A stretch of DNA of 60,201 nt from a virus (IMGVR_UViG_3300021964_000065:1-60201); one strand, 5' to 3'; shown: positions 46,901 through 56,218, counted from the stretch's first letter. Notes: generated by a model from the sequence alone, not told the origin. Program-made: numbers and translations.

Positions 46901-49450
46901 GGCACCGGCAATATAGATTCTAGTAGTATTGTTTGTTCCAAAAGCAAAATAATTGTTTCCAACTGTTGTTAAAAAACCAGTACTATCCGTTACAATGCTA
47001 TTCCCATCTAAATACATATTAGCATTACTATCTTGTATTCTCAACCCAGCATTGGCTGTAGTAGTTGATGTTATAGCACCAATTGTAGCATTTTTGTATA
47101 TGTGAGTGGTGTTAGAAGGACTAGCAGTCCCTATACCTACATTACCTGTCTTTTCAATAGTTATAATATTGCCAGTAGTTGAGCTATCTATTTCAAAAGC
47201 ATCGTCATTAGTGTCATCATTTCTGATTGTCCAAGTTTCTTGGGTGTTTTGAAGTTCAATAGCAGAGCTGTCATTGTCTGTTGATGCAGCTACTCTTATA
47301 TAAACATTTCCGCCACCCTGTACTTCAAGTTCTCTAAAAGGATTACTCGTCCCTATCCCTACGTTGCCGTTAGAATCAATACGCATTCGTTCTGTATCAC
47401 CAGAGCCTCCACCGCCACCAGTTCTAAAAGCTAATTCTCCAGACCCTGCTGTAGCACCATAAGCCCTAATTCTTAAATCGTCACCAGCCCTATCTAATAC
47501 ACCTGCACTTGTTTGGGATGTAGTTAAAGGGCCTTCCCACACAATAGCGCCATTAACTTCAAGTTTTTCGGTTGAAGGTGTTTTATTTATCCCTACTCTA
47601 CCACTCGAGTCTATGCGCATACGTTCGGTTTCAGAACCTGCCGTACTAAATACTATCCCATCATATCCGTGCAGTTTAGCGTTTCCATTAACACCTAAAT
47701 CCTCATTTTTAGTTAAATAAACAATATTAGGAGAATTGTCACTTGCTCTCTCCCATCCAAGTTTTGTTCCTGTTCCTTTTATCCCTACATTACCACTTGA
47801 GGTTATGCGCATTTTTTCTATATTCCCACCGCTTGCAAATAATATATTAGAATTTGAACGTATTGCAAAATCATCAACAGCAGAAGTGCTTATCATATCT
47901 CCTGCAGTTGTAGCCACTTCTATCCCTGCTTTAAATGTTGTGCTATTATAATATCTTAAAGCTAAATTGTCTGTGGCTTGTAAATCTAATAATTTAGAAG
48001 GCGTCATTCCTATCCCTACGTTGCCTGCTTCTGTAATACGCATTCTTTCCACATCGGCGCCGCTTATTACTGAACCAAAAACGTGGTCTCTGTTTGGAAA
48101 ATATAATATATCAGAACTTGAGTTAGAGGTTATTCTGCTGTTTGCATTTCCTAAGTATAAAGAATCGTTAAGGCTAATATAAGCGTCTCCATTTACATCT
48201 AACTTATAAGCAGGACTATCAGTCCCTATACCTACCTTACCGTCTCTATCGATTCGCATAGCCTCCGCCATACTTCCAGCATCTGTTTTTGTTTCAAATG
48301 CCAATTCACCAGATGGATTAGCACCAAGGTGATCCGGATATATTGCTGTTATTCTTGCCGCGTCTAATAAGTCACCAGTTTGATTGTTGTCTGAATTTGA
48401 TTGAAAAGATATTCTATTAAAATTATTATCTGTTTCATCATTATTTTGTAAAACTAAATCGCCTGTGTTCGTGCCAGCATCACCTGTAGAATAGACGGTG
48501 GTAGAGTCATCTCTAATTGTTAGTTTTTGAGAAGGACTCGTAGTCCCTATCCCAACGTTGCCACTTGCGGCTATGCGCATTCGTTCGGTGCTATTTGTAT
48601 TAAGAGTTAAATAGCTTGTTGCTAAACTGCTCCCCCTTACACCTCTAATGTAAATAGGAGATACTGAATTATCCGCAGTTGATGGAACAAAAGAAAGTTG
48701 TGAATAATCCCCTTGTGTTGTAGAATTTATCTGTAGTGTTAAACCTTCTCCATTTACGCTTGTTTTAATATGCTCAATATTATTTGGACTAGCAGTCCCT
48801 ATTCCAACTCTACCGTTTAGTTCATCAATATGTACAACTGTAGATTCAATAGTATTACCATCACCTACCCATATCTTTCCTGTTGATAAATTAGGAACGT
48901 CATTTGTTCTAAGAATTGATGATACTATAAGAGATCCGTTAGAAGAATGGACTCTTGCTACTTTAGCAATGTTTTGTATAAAGTTTGTTGACCCAGTTGG
49001 CTTTGTTAAAGTTAATCCACCACCCGCTTTTACATATACTGTATCATTAGCTGTAGATGATGATCCATCGATTGTGTCCGTTACAAGACCTTTTAATAAA
49101 CCACCTTGTACTACAAAACCTTCACCGTTATTAGCTAAGGTAGATTCTAAAAGACCAATAGCTGGCATATGTGATGCGTTAGAAGCATCTGCTGGTGCAA
49201 TTTCAAGCTTATCAGTATTTCCAACATTACCTGTTACATATACAGGAGTACCTTTTGCTATAGAAGCTCCCGAAGTATTTTTAACATTTAAATGTGTAGA
49301 TTCAGCTGAATCAGCGGAAGATGCTACTGCACTCCCAAATGTTAGGTTTCCTGCCCCGTCGGTAACAATTGCCTGCCCTACAGATCCATCATTATCAGGA
49401 AAAGTATAAGCGTCGTTTATTCTTAAATTACTTAAAAAACGGTTAGCCAT
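43937..49450 (-). CDS. long tail fibre with C-terminal intramolecular chaperone (peptidase S74)
   Basis: About 14 ERMRI.SSGNVGIGT..P repeats; SSDERLK.N...G.IAQEV...PELV...V.YEKLVPLLIEAIKEL. Confidence 0.9.
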   Translation of the reverse strand: MANRFLSNLRINDAYTFPDNDGSVGQAIVTDGAGNLTFGSAVASSADSAESTHLNVKNTSGASIAKGTPVYVTGNVGNTDKLEIAPADASNASHMPAIGLLESTLANNGEGFVVQGGLLKGLVTDTIDGSSSTANDTVYVKAGGGLTLTKPTGSTNFIQNIAKVARVHSSNGSLIVSSILRTNDVPNLSTGKIWVGDGNTIESTVVHIDELNGRVGIGTASPNNIEHIKTSVNGEGLTLQINSTTQGDYSQLSFVPSTADNSVSPIYIRGVRGSSLATSYLTLNTNSTERMRIAASGNVGIGTTSPSQKLTIRDDSTTVYSTGDAGTNTGDLVLQNNDETDNNFNRISFQSNSDNNQTGDLLDAARITAIYPDHLGANPSGELAFETKTDAGSMAEAMRIDRDGKVGIGTDSPAYKLDVNGDAYISLNDSLYLGNANSRITSNSSSDILYFPNRDHVFGSVISGADVERMRITEAGNVGIGMTPSKLLDLQATDNLALRYYNSTTFKAGIEVATTAGDMISTSAVDDFAIRSNSNILFASGGNIEKMRITSSGNVGIKGTGTKLGWERASDNSPNIVYLTKNEDLGVNGNAKLHGYDGIVFSTAGSETERMRIDSSGRVGINKTPSTEKLEVNGAIVWEGPLTTSQTSAGVLDRAGDDLRIRAYGATAGSGELAFRTGGGGGSGDTERMRIDSNGNVGIGTSNPFRELEVQGGGNVYIRVAASTDNDSSAIELQNTQETWTIRNDDTNDDAFEIDSSTTGNIITIEKTGNVGIGTASPSNTTHIYKNATIGAITSTTTANAGLRIQDSNANMYLDGNSIVTDSTGFLTTVGNNYFAFGTNNTTRIYIAGAGNVGIGTTSPTEKLEVFGNAILDASNANLKIKAGIAGTKGDIQWTFNSDSTVFASAGITYDNRTTDGFLIDSGYPITLDYASGYVRFSRNGSEKMRIDSSGNVGIGTTSPSAKLTVNGNINFPYSTTGTSTIGIQQSPTNPYSTTARELLIKGANAEPTGTSGQAQQGGNVRISAGLGRVNTGLGIRAGDVIIEGGLHHNGVGVTDGAGRVIFETAGTERMRIDSSGDVTLGAAGSPKFYMRSNGGNGNNQRFYIDGFADGGGAGYGGGFRIHTRDTVNIFHERLRIDSSGNVGIGTNNPTQKLYVAGTIYSTSKVYSSGFYHNAIGGAATPANSAGWYKLAKVDTRGGGIFTLSFTGGSFTPVTYVIKYYKNWTDVTTVKLEKYGASGYISQAKIRLDSSDGKYYLEIYCASNSNGLSFNVYHDWLLGYNASTTVYTGTLSAGSASGTDYASLDFISRGTSVQALYSSGNVGIGTSSPSAKLVITAPNSNTFLSNITSTTSANIHQIKNDNSKGIETVIYSSAYSGGTYLNVGANGSAITSNSKTAITTVGAFDLLLGTNSTERMRIDSAGNVGIGTTSPGAKLHVYNSSGGDATSKASMLSEAVLKLQPHATNSTNLLFAQVNGGNGIGLQVTNGPATANWDLALSPFGGNVGIGIVSPSGKLHVNGDIRGTIFYDSDNTGYYVNPAGISNMSSIALKGSTYSSGVDSVTDAALIIDRGFRIYNDDGSYLRSILQFDTSAQINIGQGGTALISSVNLLPGNAGYVYAANSFRSPIFYDSNDTSYYCNPASASNLNQARFYAGISVNSAASSTSKHGISLHGTQTTGMPAYGLAFTGTAGSGTHGSVTSDWATYFTMNGSTSRGWIFKHGTNLVASISGTGNAHFNGDVVAYSSSDERLKDNKKNINNALEKVESLNGVEFDWNDKQDVYEGHDIGVIAQEVEKIAPELVSTRDNGYKAVKYEKLVPLLIEAIKELSDKVKALENK

Positions 49451-49458
49451 AATTTAGA

Positions 49459-50769
49459 TTATATCTTTTGGATTAGCACTCTTATATCGTTTGTTGCTGG
49501 TGCTGATGTGAAATTTATAGTGACTTGATTAACAGAATTTCTAATAACGTCTGCATATACTGTGTCAAAAGTAGAAGTGTCAAATAATTGTACTATAACA
49601 TCTTTTGTATTTAAAGAGTGTGTTATAACAAATGATGTTGTGGTTGTATCCCCAATAGAAGTTTTATAGCTATCATTAGATGTGATTATGTTATAATAAT
49701 CAGTCCCATTTTCTGTAACTTGCCATTTATCCGTTGATTCTTCCCATCTTAATTGAACATTGTCAGAAGTACCTCTTTGGATTTCAATACCACCATTTTC
49801 GCTAGGAGCATCATCAATTACATTACTATTAAGTAATATAATGTTATCCGCTATTGTAAGTGTTTCTGATTTTACTGTAGTCGTAGTTCCTTCTACTATT
49901 AAATCACCCCATACGGTTAAATTTTTTGCATTACTAGCATCACCAATAATTGTATTACCGTTTAACTGCACTGTATTGGCTGCACCAGCAACGCCAGTTA
50001 TAAAGTTACCATTTATAGTTAAATCAGCATTGTTACCAGATGTACCAAGCGTTGTGTCACCATATATAGTCACTGTATCTGTGCCAGCAAAACCGTCTCT
50101 GCCTAATTCAGTAGTACCTTTAACTGTTAAACTAGCATCACCAGCTGTACCTGTTTCACCCGAAGGAGGATTCACTGAAGCATCGTTTTGAATTACAACG
50201 TCTGAAGGTAAACCTATTTTAATTACTGCACCCTCTGTAATGCCAGGATTTAATTGTGCCGCTGGCGTTCCATAAACATCAGTATCATCTGAGAACACGT
50301 CAATTTCATTTGAAGTACCTGAAATAGTAACAAATTCTTTTAAGTATTCAAAAATGTGCTTACTACGTACAAGAAATTCGCCTTTATCGCCATTAGCTAT
50401 TATATCCTCATATATACCATCAGTTTCTAAAACCCTAAGATCTACAGTCCCATGATCATGACTGCCATTACCACCTGTATTAGTCCCTGTATCAGATTCA
50501 TTAACCTCAACGAGCGGAGGATTAGTTGATGCGCCTGGCGTTGATGCTGATACCGCGCCATTTATGTTTATAGAGTTACCTTCTATTGTGTGTAAATCAC
50601 CAACAGGCTGCCAATCCGTACCATCATAAACATATATTTTATCATCTCCTGAATTATAATATATTTGCCCTTCAACAGGAGAACTAGGGGCTGTAGCTAA
50701 AGGTTGAATAACAGCATTCTGTAATTCATTCTTATTAAGGTTAATGTTGTTTAAGTAATTTATAGACAT
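49459..50769 (-). CDS. tail fibre / structural protein
   Basis: G.L.V.GTTTTV...L.I.DN.I.LN motif; ITHSLNT C-terminal domain. Confidence 0.7.
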   Translation of the reverse strand: MSINYLNNINLNKNELQNAVIQPLATAPSSPVEGQIYYNSGDDKIYVYDGTDWQPVGDLHTIEGNSININGAVSASTPGASTNPPLVEVNESDTGTNTGGNGSHDHGTVDLRVLETDGIYEDIIANGDKGEFLVRSKHIFEYLKEFVTISGTSNEIDVFSDDTDVYGTPAAQLNPGITEGAVIKIGLPSDVVIQNDASVNPPSGETGTAGDASLTVKGTTELGRDGFAGTDTVTIYGDTTLGTSGNNADLTINGNFITGVAGAANTVQLNGNTIIGDASNAKNLTVWGDLIVEGTTTTVKSETLTIADNIILLNSNVIDDAPSENGGIEIQRGTSDNVQLRWEESTDKWQVTENGTDYYNIITSNDSYKTSIGDTTTTSFVITHSLNTKDVIVQLFDTSTFDTVYADVIRNSVNQVTINFTSAPATNDIRVLIQKI

Positions 50770-50801
50770 TTTTTTTATTTTAAATAATTTTTATTTTTTT
50801 T

Positions 50802-51518
50802 TCAATTTAGGTATGCTACGCCACTGAAAGGCGCGCTGAAATTAATAGTTATCTGATTCGTCCCATTATAAGTTGTATTTCCATAAACTATACTGCTTCC
50901 TGAATCTACAACAGTAACAGACGGTCTTTTATCTAAATTATGCGTTATTACCCAAGTATCAGATGCCGATTCTTGTATGTAAAGAAAATTTTTGTCTCCA
51001 GGAGGAGGTGGCACTAATGTTACTTTTTCAATAAAGCTATAAAGTTTGCCTGGCTCGAACGAGCCTTGTCCTTCCACAAATTCTACTTCTATATCTAAAA
51101 AAGCTACCTGGGAAAATCTATTTGTTATGTCAGTTAAACGATATTTTGCAAAATTATTTATATTTGAAGTTTCAAATATAAATATATATTTTCTTTCTAA
51201 ATATTCTAAGTAATTAGTTATAGTTTCACCCGCTAAATTTATTTTACTAAATACAAGATCCGTTATCGTTGAAAAAGGTATAGTGCCTCCAGTACTGTCT
51301 GGCAAAGAAATACTTCCGGTTTCTCTACCTGAAACACTTCCTGAATAAAATTTATATGTTTGCTGTCCACCTGCTGATATTTTGCCAGTAGTATTAAAAT
51401 TGTCTGCAATTCCTTGTGCGGTAAAGTTTTTTGTTATTCCAGTTGGCCCGTCAGTCCCAATCCATTTGTCAGTGTCTTGTATTATAAGGTCTCTAGCGTA
51501 ACTACTTATTTTAGCCAT
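50802..51518 (-). CDS. structural protein
   Basis: W.ITHNL.K.PSVTVVD...F...FSG.AYLN C-terminal domain typical of phage tail proteins. Confidence 0.65.
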   Translation of the reverse strand: MAKISSYARDLIIQDTDKWIGTDGPTGITKNFTAQGIADNFNTTGKISAGGQQTYKFYSGSVSGRETGSISLPDSTGGTIPFSTITDLVFSKINLAGETITNYLEYLERKYIFIFETSNINNFAKYRLTDITNRFSQVAFLDIEVEFVEGQGSFEPGKLYSFIEKVTLVPPPPGDKNFLYIQESASDTWVITHNLDKRPSVTVVDSGSSIVYGNTTYNGTNQITINFSAPFSGVAYLN

Positions 51519-51978
51519 TTTTATTTTCTTTTTTTACAGCTGATCCAAAATAATAACCGAAGATGCTTAATGCAACACCCTCTACAATACCAATCATATG
51601 AATGAATATTTCTTTATTACTTTCCGGAACGTTTGTTGTTACTACAGTATATACTAAAAAAGCAAAAGCAGATAACCCGACTATTCCAGTTAAGGACATC
51701 ATCCAGTCATTACCGCCTGCTTCTTTTATTCTAGCTTCCCTACTCCTAGCAGAGTCTCTATCCTCTACTTCTAGTCTATAAAGTTCTAATAATTGATCGT
51801 GAGCAGCCTCTTTTTCTTCAGTAGACATGTCAGGGTCAGTATCAATAATATTTTTTATTATACCCAGAACACCATTATCTGGTAATACTTTTGAAGCGCC
51901 TTTTATTACTTGAGGTAAAACACCAGTTAATATTTTGCCAAGACCTGTTTCGGAAAAAGATTTTTTATTTTTAGACAT
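51511..51978 (-). CDS. holin-like membrane protein
   Basis: DR.SAR.RE followed by two TM helices ending YYFGS. Confidence 0.65.
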   Translation of the reverse strand: MSKNKKSFSETGLGKILTGVLPQVIKGASKVLPDNGVLGIIKNIIDTDPDMSTEEKEAAHDQLLELYRLEVEDRDSARSREARIKEAGGNDWMMSLTGIVGLSAFAFLVYTVVTTNVPESNKEIFIHMIGIVEGVALSIFGYYFGSAVKKENKNG

Positions 51979-52249
51979 TTTTCTTTCTGCCTTTTCTTTT
52001 TGTTTTCAACGCATCCGGAATATCTCCCAGTTGATCCCCAACCTCTTTAACAGCATCTTTAACATCACCAATCTCTTCGCCTAGTCTTGATTTTATTTCT
52101 GAAATATCTTGTTTTATTCCTTTTACTTTATCTTCTAAACTGTCTGGAATAAAATTTTTATCTTCATCCTTAATAGCACCAATATGTACAAACACTAAAT
52201 ACACTATAGCTATTAATAGTATGACATTTATAATAATACTTGGTATCAT
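51971..52249 (-). CDS. membrane-anchored protein
   Basis: N-terminal TM, D...IPD, amphipathic repeats, basic tail. Confidence 0.6.
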   Translation of the reverse strand: MIPSIIINVILLIAIVYLVFVHIGAIKDEDKNFIPDSLEDKVKGIKQDISEIKSRLGEEIGDVKDAVKEVGDQLGDIPDALKTKRKGRKKNV

Positions 52250-52254
52250 AATAG

Positions 52255-52410
52255 TTATTTTTTATATGGAAATAAATTATTTAATTTTTCTTTTCTTTCT
52301 TTACAACCACACGGAACATTTAGTCCATTAGATATTTTTTCTGTAATAGTCTTTATACCTGTTGCTTTAGTTATTTTTTCAATAGAATCTCCTAACCCTT
52401 TTGATTTCAT
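52255..52410 (-). CDS. small basic protein (GLGD...CGC..R..KLN family)
   Basis: 51-aa ORF read manually. Confidence 0.65.
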   Translation of the reverse strand: MKSKGLGDSIEKITKATGIKTITEKISNGLNVPCGCKERKEKLNNLFPYKK

Positions 52411-52682
52411 TTTTTTCTTTTTAAAGATTTAACCCTTCTTGGCTTGCCTGCCGGTTGGCCTAACCGTTTTTTTTCCGCAATTTTCTTTTTCTTTTCGGAA
52501 GAGGTCATTTCAGATGCTGTTTTTGGTGTTTCCGATGAAACTCTTTTTTTAGGGCGGCAATATGGTACACCTCTTTTTTCACCTTTAGTTCTACCACAAG
52601 GCTCTCCAGTGCGGACATCAATCCATTCTTCTTTAAACCATCTTTTTAGGCTTGCTCCTTTTTTACTTTTTCTTACTGCCAT
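52407..52682 (-). CDS. small basic protein
   Basis: LKRWFKEEW.DV..G..CGR...YCRP; likely start 52682. Confidence 0.7.
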   Translation of the reverse strand: MAVRKSKKGASLKRWFKEEWIDVRTGEPCGRTKGEKRGVPYCRPKKRVSSETPKTASEMTSSEKKKKIAEKKRLGQPAGKPRRVKSLKRKK

Positions 52683-52797
52683 TGCCCCAATTTTTTGCAC
52701 CTACTTTACGGCATTTAGCAATAGCACCGCTTGCATATGCAGATGGAAAAACTTTATATCGTTTTTTTACTTTAGTATAACATGCGTCTTTTGGCAT
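52663..52797 (-). CDS. small basic protein
   Basis: 44 aa, MPKDACY.KVK.RYKVFPSAYASGAIAKCRK. Confidence 0.65.
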   Translation of the reverse strand: MPKDACYTKVKKRYKVFPSAYASGAIAKCRKVGAKNWGNGSKKK

Positions 52798-52904
52798 TAC
52801 TTTCTTTTTTTGTTTTTTATTGTTTTAAAATCAGCTCCAGTGATTTTATTGTAAGGCTTTGCCATTTTAGCAATGCGCATTTGTTTTGGTGATAATTTTT
52901 TCAT
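52797..52904 (-). CDS. small basic protein
   Basis: 35 aa, MKKLSPKQMRIA....NKITGADF. Confidence 0.6.
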   Translation of the reverse strand: MKKLSPKQMRIAKMAKPYNKITGADFKTIKNKKRK

Positions 52905-52908
52905 AGTC

Positions 52909-53196
52909 TTAACAGTTCCATTTACGTCTTGCAGCTTTACCTCTTTCTGAGGTCCAGCTTTTGGATCTAGCACAGAATGCTTTTCTACGCTTCCAAGCCT
53001 TACTTCCTTTCTTTAATTCAGATGGAGGAGTAGTAACTGCTGTTTTTAATTTACTTCCAGGATTATCCTTTCTGTATTTAGCAACACCTTTGGCCGTCAT
53101 ACCGCCACCTGCTTTGGAACCAGTACCACCTTTTTTATTTACTTTAGCATAATAGCCAAGGGATTTTTTTCTTGAAGGTGCGTTTTTAGTTGCCAT
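52909..53196 (-). CDS. small basic protein
   Basis: GGMTAKG...Y...NPGSKLK...RR..FCAR...RRKWNC. Confidence 0.7.
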   Translation of the reverse strand: MATKNAPSRKKSLGYYAKVNKKGGTGSKAGGGMTAKGVAKYRKDNPGSKLKTAVTTPPSELKKGSKAWKRRKAFCARSKSWTSERGKAARRKWNC

Positions 53197-53288
53197 TATT
53201 TTTTGCAGCTACATTTAGATCCTGTATACATTTTACCGCACTTGCTGCATTTTTTTTTAGTTGAAGTCTTTTTTTTAGAATAGGGCAT
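53196..53288 (-). CDS. tiny basic Cys-rich protein
   Basis: 30 aa, MPYSKKKTSTKKKCSKCGK...CSCKK. Confidence 0.5.
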   Translation of the reverse strand: MPYSKKKTSTKKKCSKCGKMYTGSKCSCKK

Positions 53289-53299
53289 AATATTAATTT

Positions 53300-53740
53300 T
53301 TATCGTTCTTTATCTTTTAACATATCATCTATAGCTTTATTAAATACTTTATCTGTATATGTTTTATTATTATAAAATACATTAGTACGTTTAAAAGGAA
53401 TGTCTTCTTTGCCTAACAATATATTGTATATCCTTGTTATTAATCTTTTTGCTTTTGAAGATGTTTCGTATATGTTGTATTTTTGGGTTGTATGGTTTCT
53501 AGGCCTCCATACTTTTATCCAATCTAATTTTCTGAGCTTTTCCCAGCGGTGTTTGTCCCAACTCATTAGGTATGTACCGTTTTTATAATCATTACGCGTA
53601 AATCTACCAACGCAATCTAAATAAATTAATAATTCAAGGTCACCATCAGTGAGCTCATATGTTTTACAAGCCCACTTTCTGGTTAACCTATAATATCGGA
53701 AAAGTTGCATTTCTCTTAATTCAGATGCATCTAGTCTCAT
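53300..53740 (-). CDS. winged-helix-like protein
   Basis: L...DLELL.YL....L.K..WI.......Y..S.K pattern. Confidence 0.55.
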   Translation of the reverse strand: MRLDASELREMQLFRYYRLTRKWACKTYELTDGDLELLIYLDCVGRFTRNDYKNGTYLMSWDKHRWEKLRKLDWIKVWRPRNHTTQKYNIYETSSKAKRLITRIYNILLGKEDIPFKRTNVFYNNKTYTDKVFNKAIDDMLKDKER

Positions 53741-53991
53741 TCGACAATTATTACATCCTGCTGCTTGATAACTGTGTAGCTTTTACCCTCTAGCACTATG
53801 TCGTGCCCTGCGCGTCTATCATAATATATAACGTCTTCTGGATTTATGCACTCGGTTTTTTCACCGCAGTTAACCACTTTTCCTTTTAAATAACGAATTT
53901 CATTTTTATTATCTTGAATAATGAATCCGTAATCTGTTTTAAGCTCTTCTTTAATCTTAGTTATGATTATATAATTATTTACTGCTTTCAT
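53737..53991 (-). CDS. groES: co-chaperonin GroES
   Basis: 84 aa next to GroEL; G.VV..G....D...Y...AG.........I...DV. Confidence 0.8.
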   Translation of the reverse strand: MKAVNNYIIITKIKEELKTDYGFIIQDNKNEIRYLKGKVVNCGEKTECINPEDVIYYDRRAGHDIVLEGKSYTVIKQQDVIIVE

Positions 53992-55537
53992 TTATTCTAA
54001 TGTTTGAAATTATACAATCTGCTGAAATTATAGTTAATGCAACGGAAACTGCATTAATAAGAGCGGTTTTAGTAACTAGTACTGGATCTATAATACCTTC
54101 CTTAACAAGGTCGCATGTTTTTCCAGTAACAACGTTTATTCCTTTACCCTTGTCAAAATAATGAGGGTAAGCGATACCCGCGTTCTCTAGTATTTTTTTA
54201 TAAGGTGCTTTTATAGCATTATAAAGAATATTCTCGGCAATGTCGCCTTTTAGTTCGTCAGCCGCATTATGTAATGCAACACCCGCTCCTGGAACAATAC
54301 CTTCTCTAAGTGCTGCTTTAACGGCGTGTATGGCGTCCTCTACTCGATCCTTTTTTTCTTTTAGCTCTACCTTACTATTTGCACCTACTTTGATCACACC
54401 GACAGCTCCAGAGAGCATAGCCAAGCGTTGTTCAAGCTTTGTTTTAATAAAACCGTTGCTTTCAGATTTTATTTTCTTTTTAACTATAGAAATTCGCTCT
54501 GAAACATCTTCAGGCATTTTTTCTACAGTTACTATAGTATTGTTGTGATCAGTAACTGCTTTTAAGGCTGTACCTAAACAACTTGGGTCTATAAGGTCTA
54601 AATCATCACCTAATTCTTCTGAAATAACGGTTGCTCCGGTAATTACAGCTAAATCTTCTAGTGTGTCTTGCTTTGTTGCTCCAAAGCCAGGCGGATCTAT
54701 TATATTGACTTTTATATTACCTTTTACTTTATTCATTATTAATGCAGAGAGTGGTTGCTGGTCTAAATTAGCTACAACTAGTAGACTTAGTTTGTTTTTA
54801 ACAACATGCTCTAATACATTCTGTATTTTACGAATATTACTTATCGGGCTGGCAACAATAAGTACAGCTGGATTTTCTAGCTCTACTTTGTTTTTCTCTA
54901 CATCTGTTACTAGATGCTGTGATTTAAGCCCTGAATCAAATTCCACACCGTCTATTATATTAACATGTGTTTCGTCTGTTTCAGATTCTTCCATAAGGAC
55001 TATACCGTCTTTACCTACTTTTTTATATGCTTTAGCAATAACACCGCCCAGCTCATTATCATTATTCACCGATATTGATGCAACTGATTCCAGCATTTTA
55101 TTACTTACTTTAACTTTAGAATCGTCGAGGTACTTTATTACCTTTTCTTTTGCCTTTTCTACACCAGCTTTAATATCCCTTAGATTTATCTTGCCTGATG
55201 CTTCTAAGCATTCTGTTAATATAGAGTGAGCAAGGACAGTACTAGTTGTAGTACCATCCCCTGCTTCTTTAACCGTTTTTTGAGCCGCTTCTTTTATAAG
55301 TGTTGCCCCTATGTTTTCTACAGGGTCGAAAAGCACTACACTGTTAGCTACGGTTACTCCATCTTTTGTTACTATAGGTTTACCTGTAGCATCTTCGTAT
55401 ATTACGCACATACCTGATGCACCTAACGTGGAGCTTACAGCACTAGTTAACTTGTTTATTCCGTTTACAATCTTAGACTTAGCATCATTGCCAAAGTCAA
55501 GATTCTTAATAATCTCACTTGGGTTATTGTATTCCAT
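53975..55537 (-). CDS. groEL: chaperonin GroEL
   Basis: TKDGVTVA, AGDGTTT, PGFG, KDRVEDA..A..AA..EGIVPG, GIIDP..V. Confidence 0.95.
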   Translation of the reverse strand: MEYNNPSEIIKNLDFGNDAKSKIVNGINKLTSAVSSTLGASGMCVIYEDATGKPIVTKDGVTVANSVVLFDPVENIGATLIKEAAQKTVKEAGDGTTTSTVLAHSILTECLEASGKINLRDIKAGVEKAKEKVIKYLDDSKVKVSNKMLESVASISVNNDNELGGVIAKAYKKVGKDGIVLMEESETDETHVNIIDGVEFDSGLKSQHLVTDVEKNKVELENPAVLIVASPISNIRKIQNVLEHVVKNKLSLLVVANLDQQPLSALIMNKVKGNIKVNIIDPPGFGATKQDTLEDLAVITGATVISEELGDDLDLIDPSCLGTALKAVTDHNNTIVTVEKMPEDVSERISIVKKKIKSESNGFIKTKLEQRLAMLSGAVGVIKVGANSKVELKEKKDRVEDAIHAVKAALREGIVPGAGVALHNAADELKGDIAENILYNAIKAPYKKILENAGIAYPHYFDKGKGINVVTGKTCDLVKEGIIDPVLVTKTALINAVSVALTIISADCIISNIRINESSK

Positions 55538-55561
55538 TAAATTTAATTTATAAAAGTGGTT

Positions 55562-55852
55562 CTATTTAAATGTTTTAACTACAGTTGGTCCTTCCAATGC
55601 TTTTAATCTCTTCTTGTAGTGATCTACAGAAGAATCAATTGCTTGCTCTGCACCATCTATAGTTTCGCGTCTTGTAACGCTTGTCCAATTGTTATCTTCT
55701 ATGTTAAACTCTGTTTGATAAAAGCCGTTAGGCAATTGTGTAATCCTCCAGTTTTTCTTTTTAGATAACATCTTCCACTGGTTTTTAGCCTCTTCAGAAA
55801 CTTTAGGTTCTTCGTTGGTCCATGTGTTGGTCTTGTAATAATAATACGTCAT
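55562..55852 (-). CDS. hypothetical protein
   Basis: Clean ORF upstream of groEL. Confidence 0.7.
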   Translation of the reverse strand: MTYYYYKTNTWTNEEPKVSEEAKNQWKMLSKKKNWRITQLPNGFYQTEFNIEDNNWTSVTRRETIDGAEQAIDSSVDHYKKRLKALEGPTVVKTFK

Positions 55853-55887
55853 TGGTTTTTTGTTTTGGTTAATTGTTAATTGGTTGT

Positions 55888-56133
55888 TTACTTAGTATTG
55901 TTTTTCTTGGTTCCTTTTCCATGCCCCGAGCGGTTAGCTCTAATAGACACAAACTTTTTCTTAGTGTGATCATAATCCTTATCCGATAAATCCACACCAC
56001 TCTTTAAAGCCGCCCTGCGCTTTCTCTGGTTCTCAGCTTTCATCTTCCTCCTACGAGGCGTCATCGCATAAGCCAAATCCCGAATCTTCTTCGCAGCCGA
56101 AGCCTTACTAGATAATTTTTGTTTACTTTTCAT
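55888..56133 (-). CDS. basic protein with degenerate HNH-like D.DH...NR motif
   Basis: KDYDH......S..ANR; likely start 56133. Confidence 0.55.
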   Translation of the reverse strand: MKSKQKLSSKASAAKKIRDLAYAMTPRRRKMKAENQRKRRAALKSGVDLSDKDYDHTKKKFVSIRANRSGHGKGTKKNNTK

Positions 56134-56170
56134 ACATGTATAATTACAAATAAAATACAAATGTTAAAAG

Positions 56171-56218
56171 TGCGACGATAGCCCCCTACATTATATATAC
56201 TAACACCCTAATGTCACA
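56171..56218. promoter_or_regulatory. inverted-repeat operator-like site, copy 2
   Basis: TGCGACGATAG-N26-CTAATGTCACA upstream of the minus-strand late arm. Confidence 0.65.

Noticed and set aside
43937-49450. Diversity-generating retroelement
   Set aside because: No reverse transcriptase and no TR/VR pair with adenine-specific differences
3178-55553. Numerous antisense and alternative-frame ORFs in the track (for example 15305, 39272, 46266, 54663)
   Set aside because: Shadows of well-supported genes with no motifs; only 35158-35280 and 11348-11524 were retained
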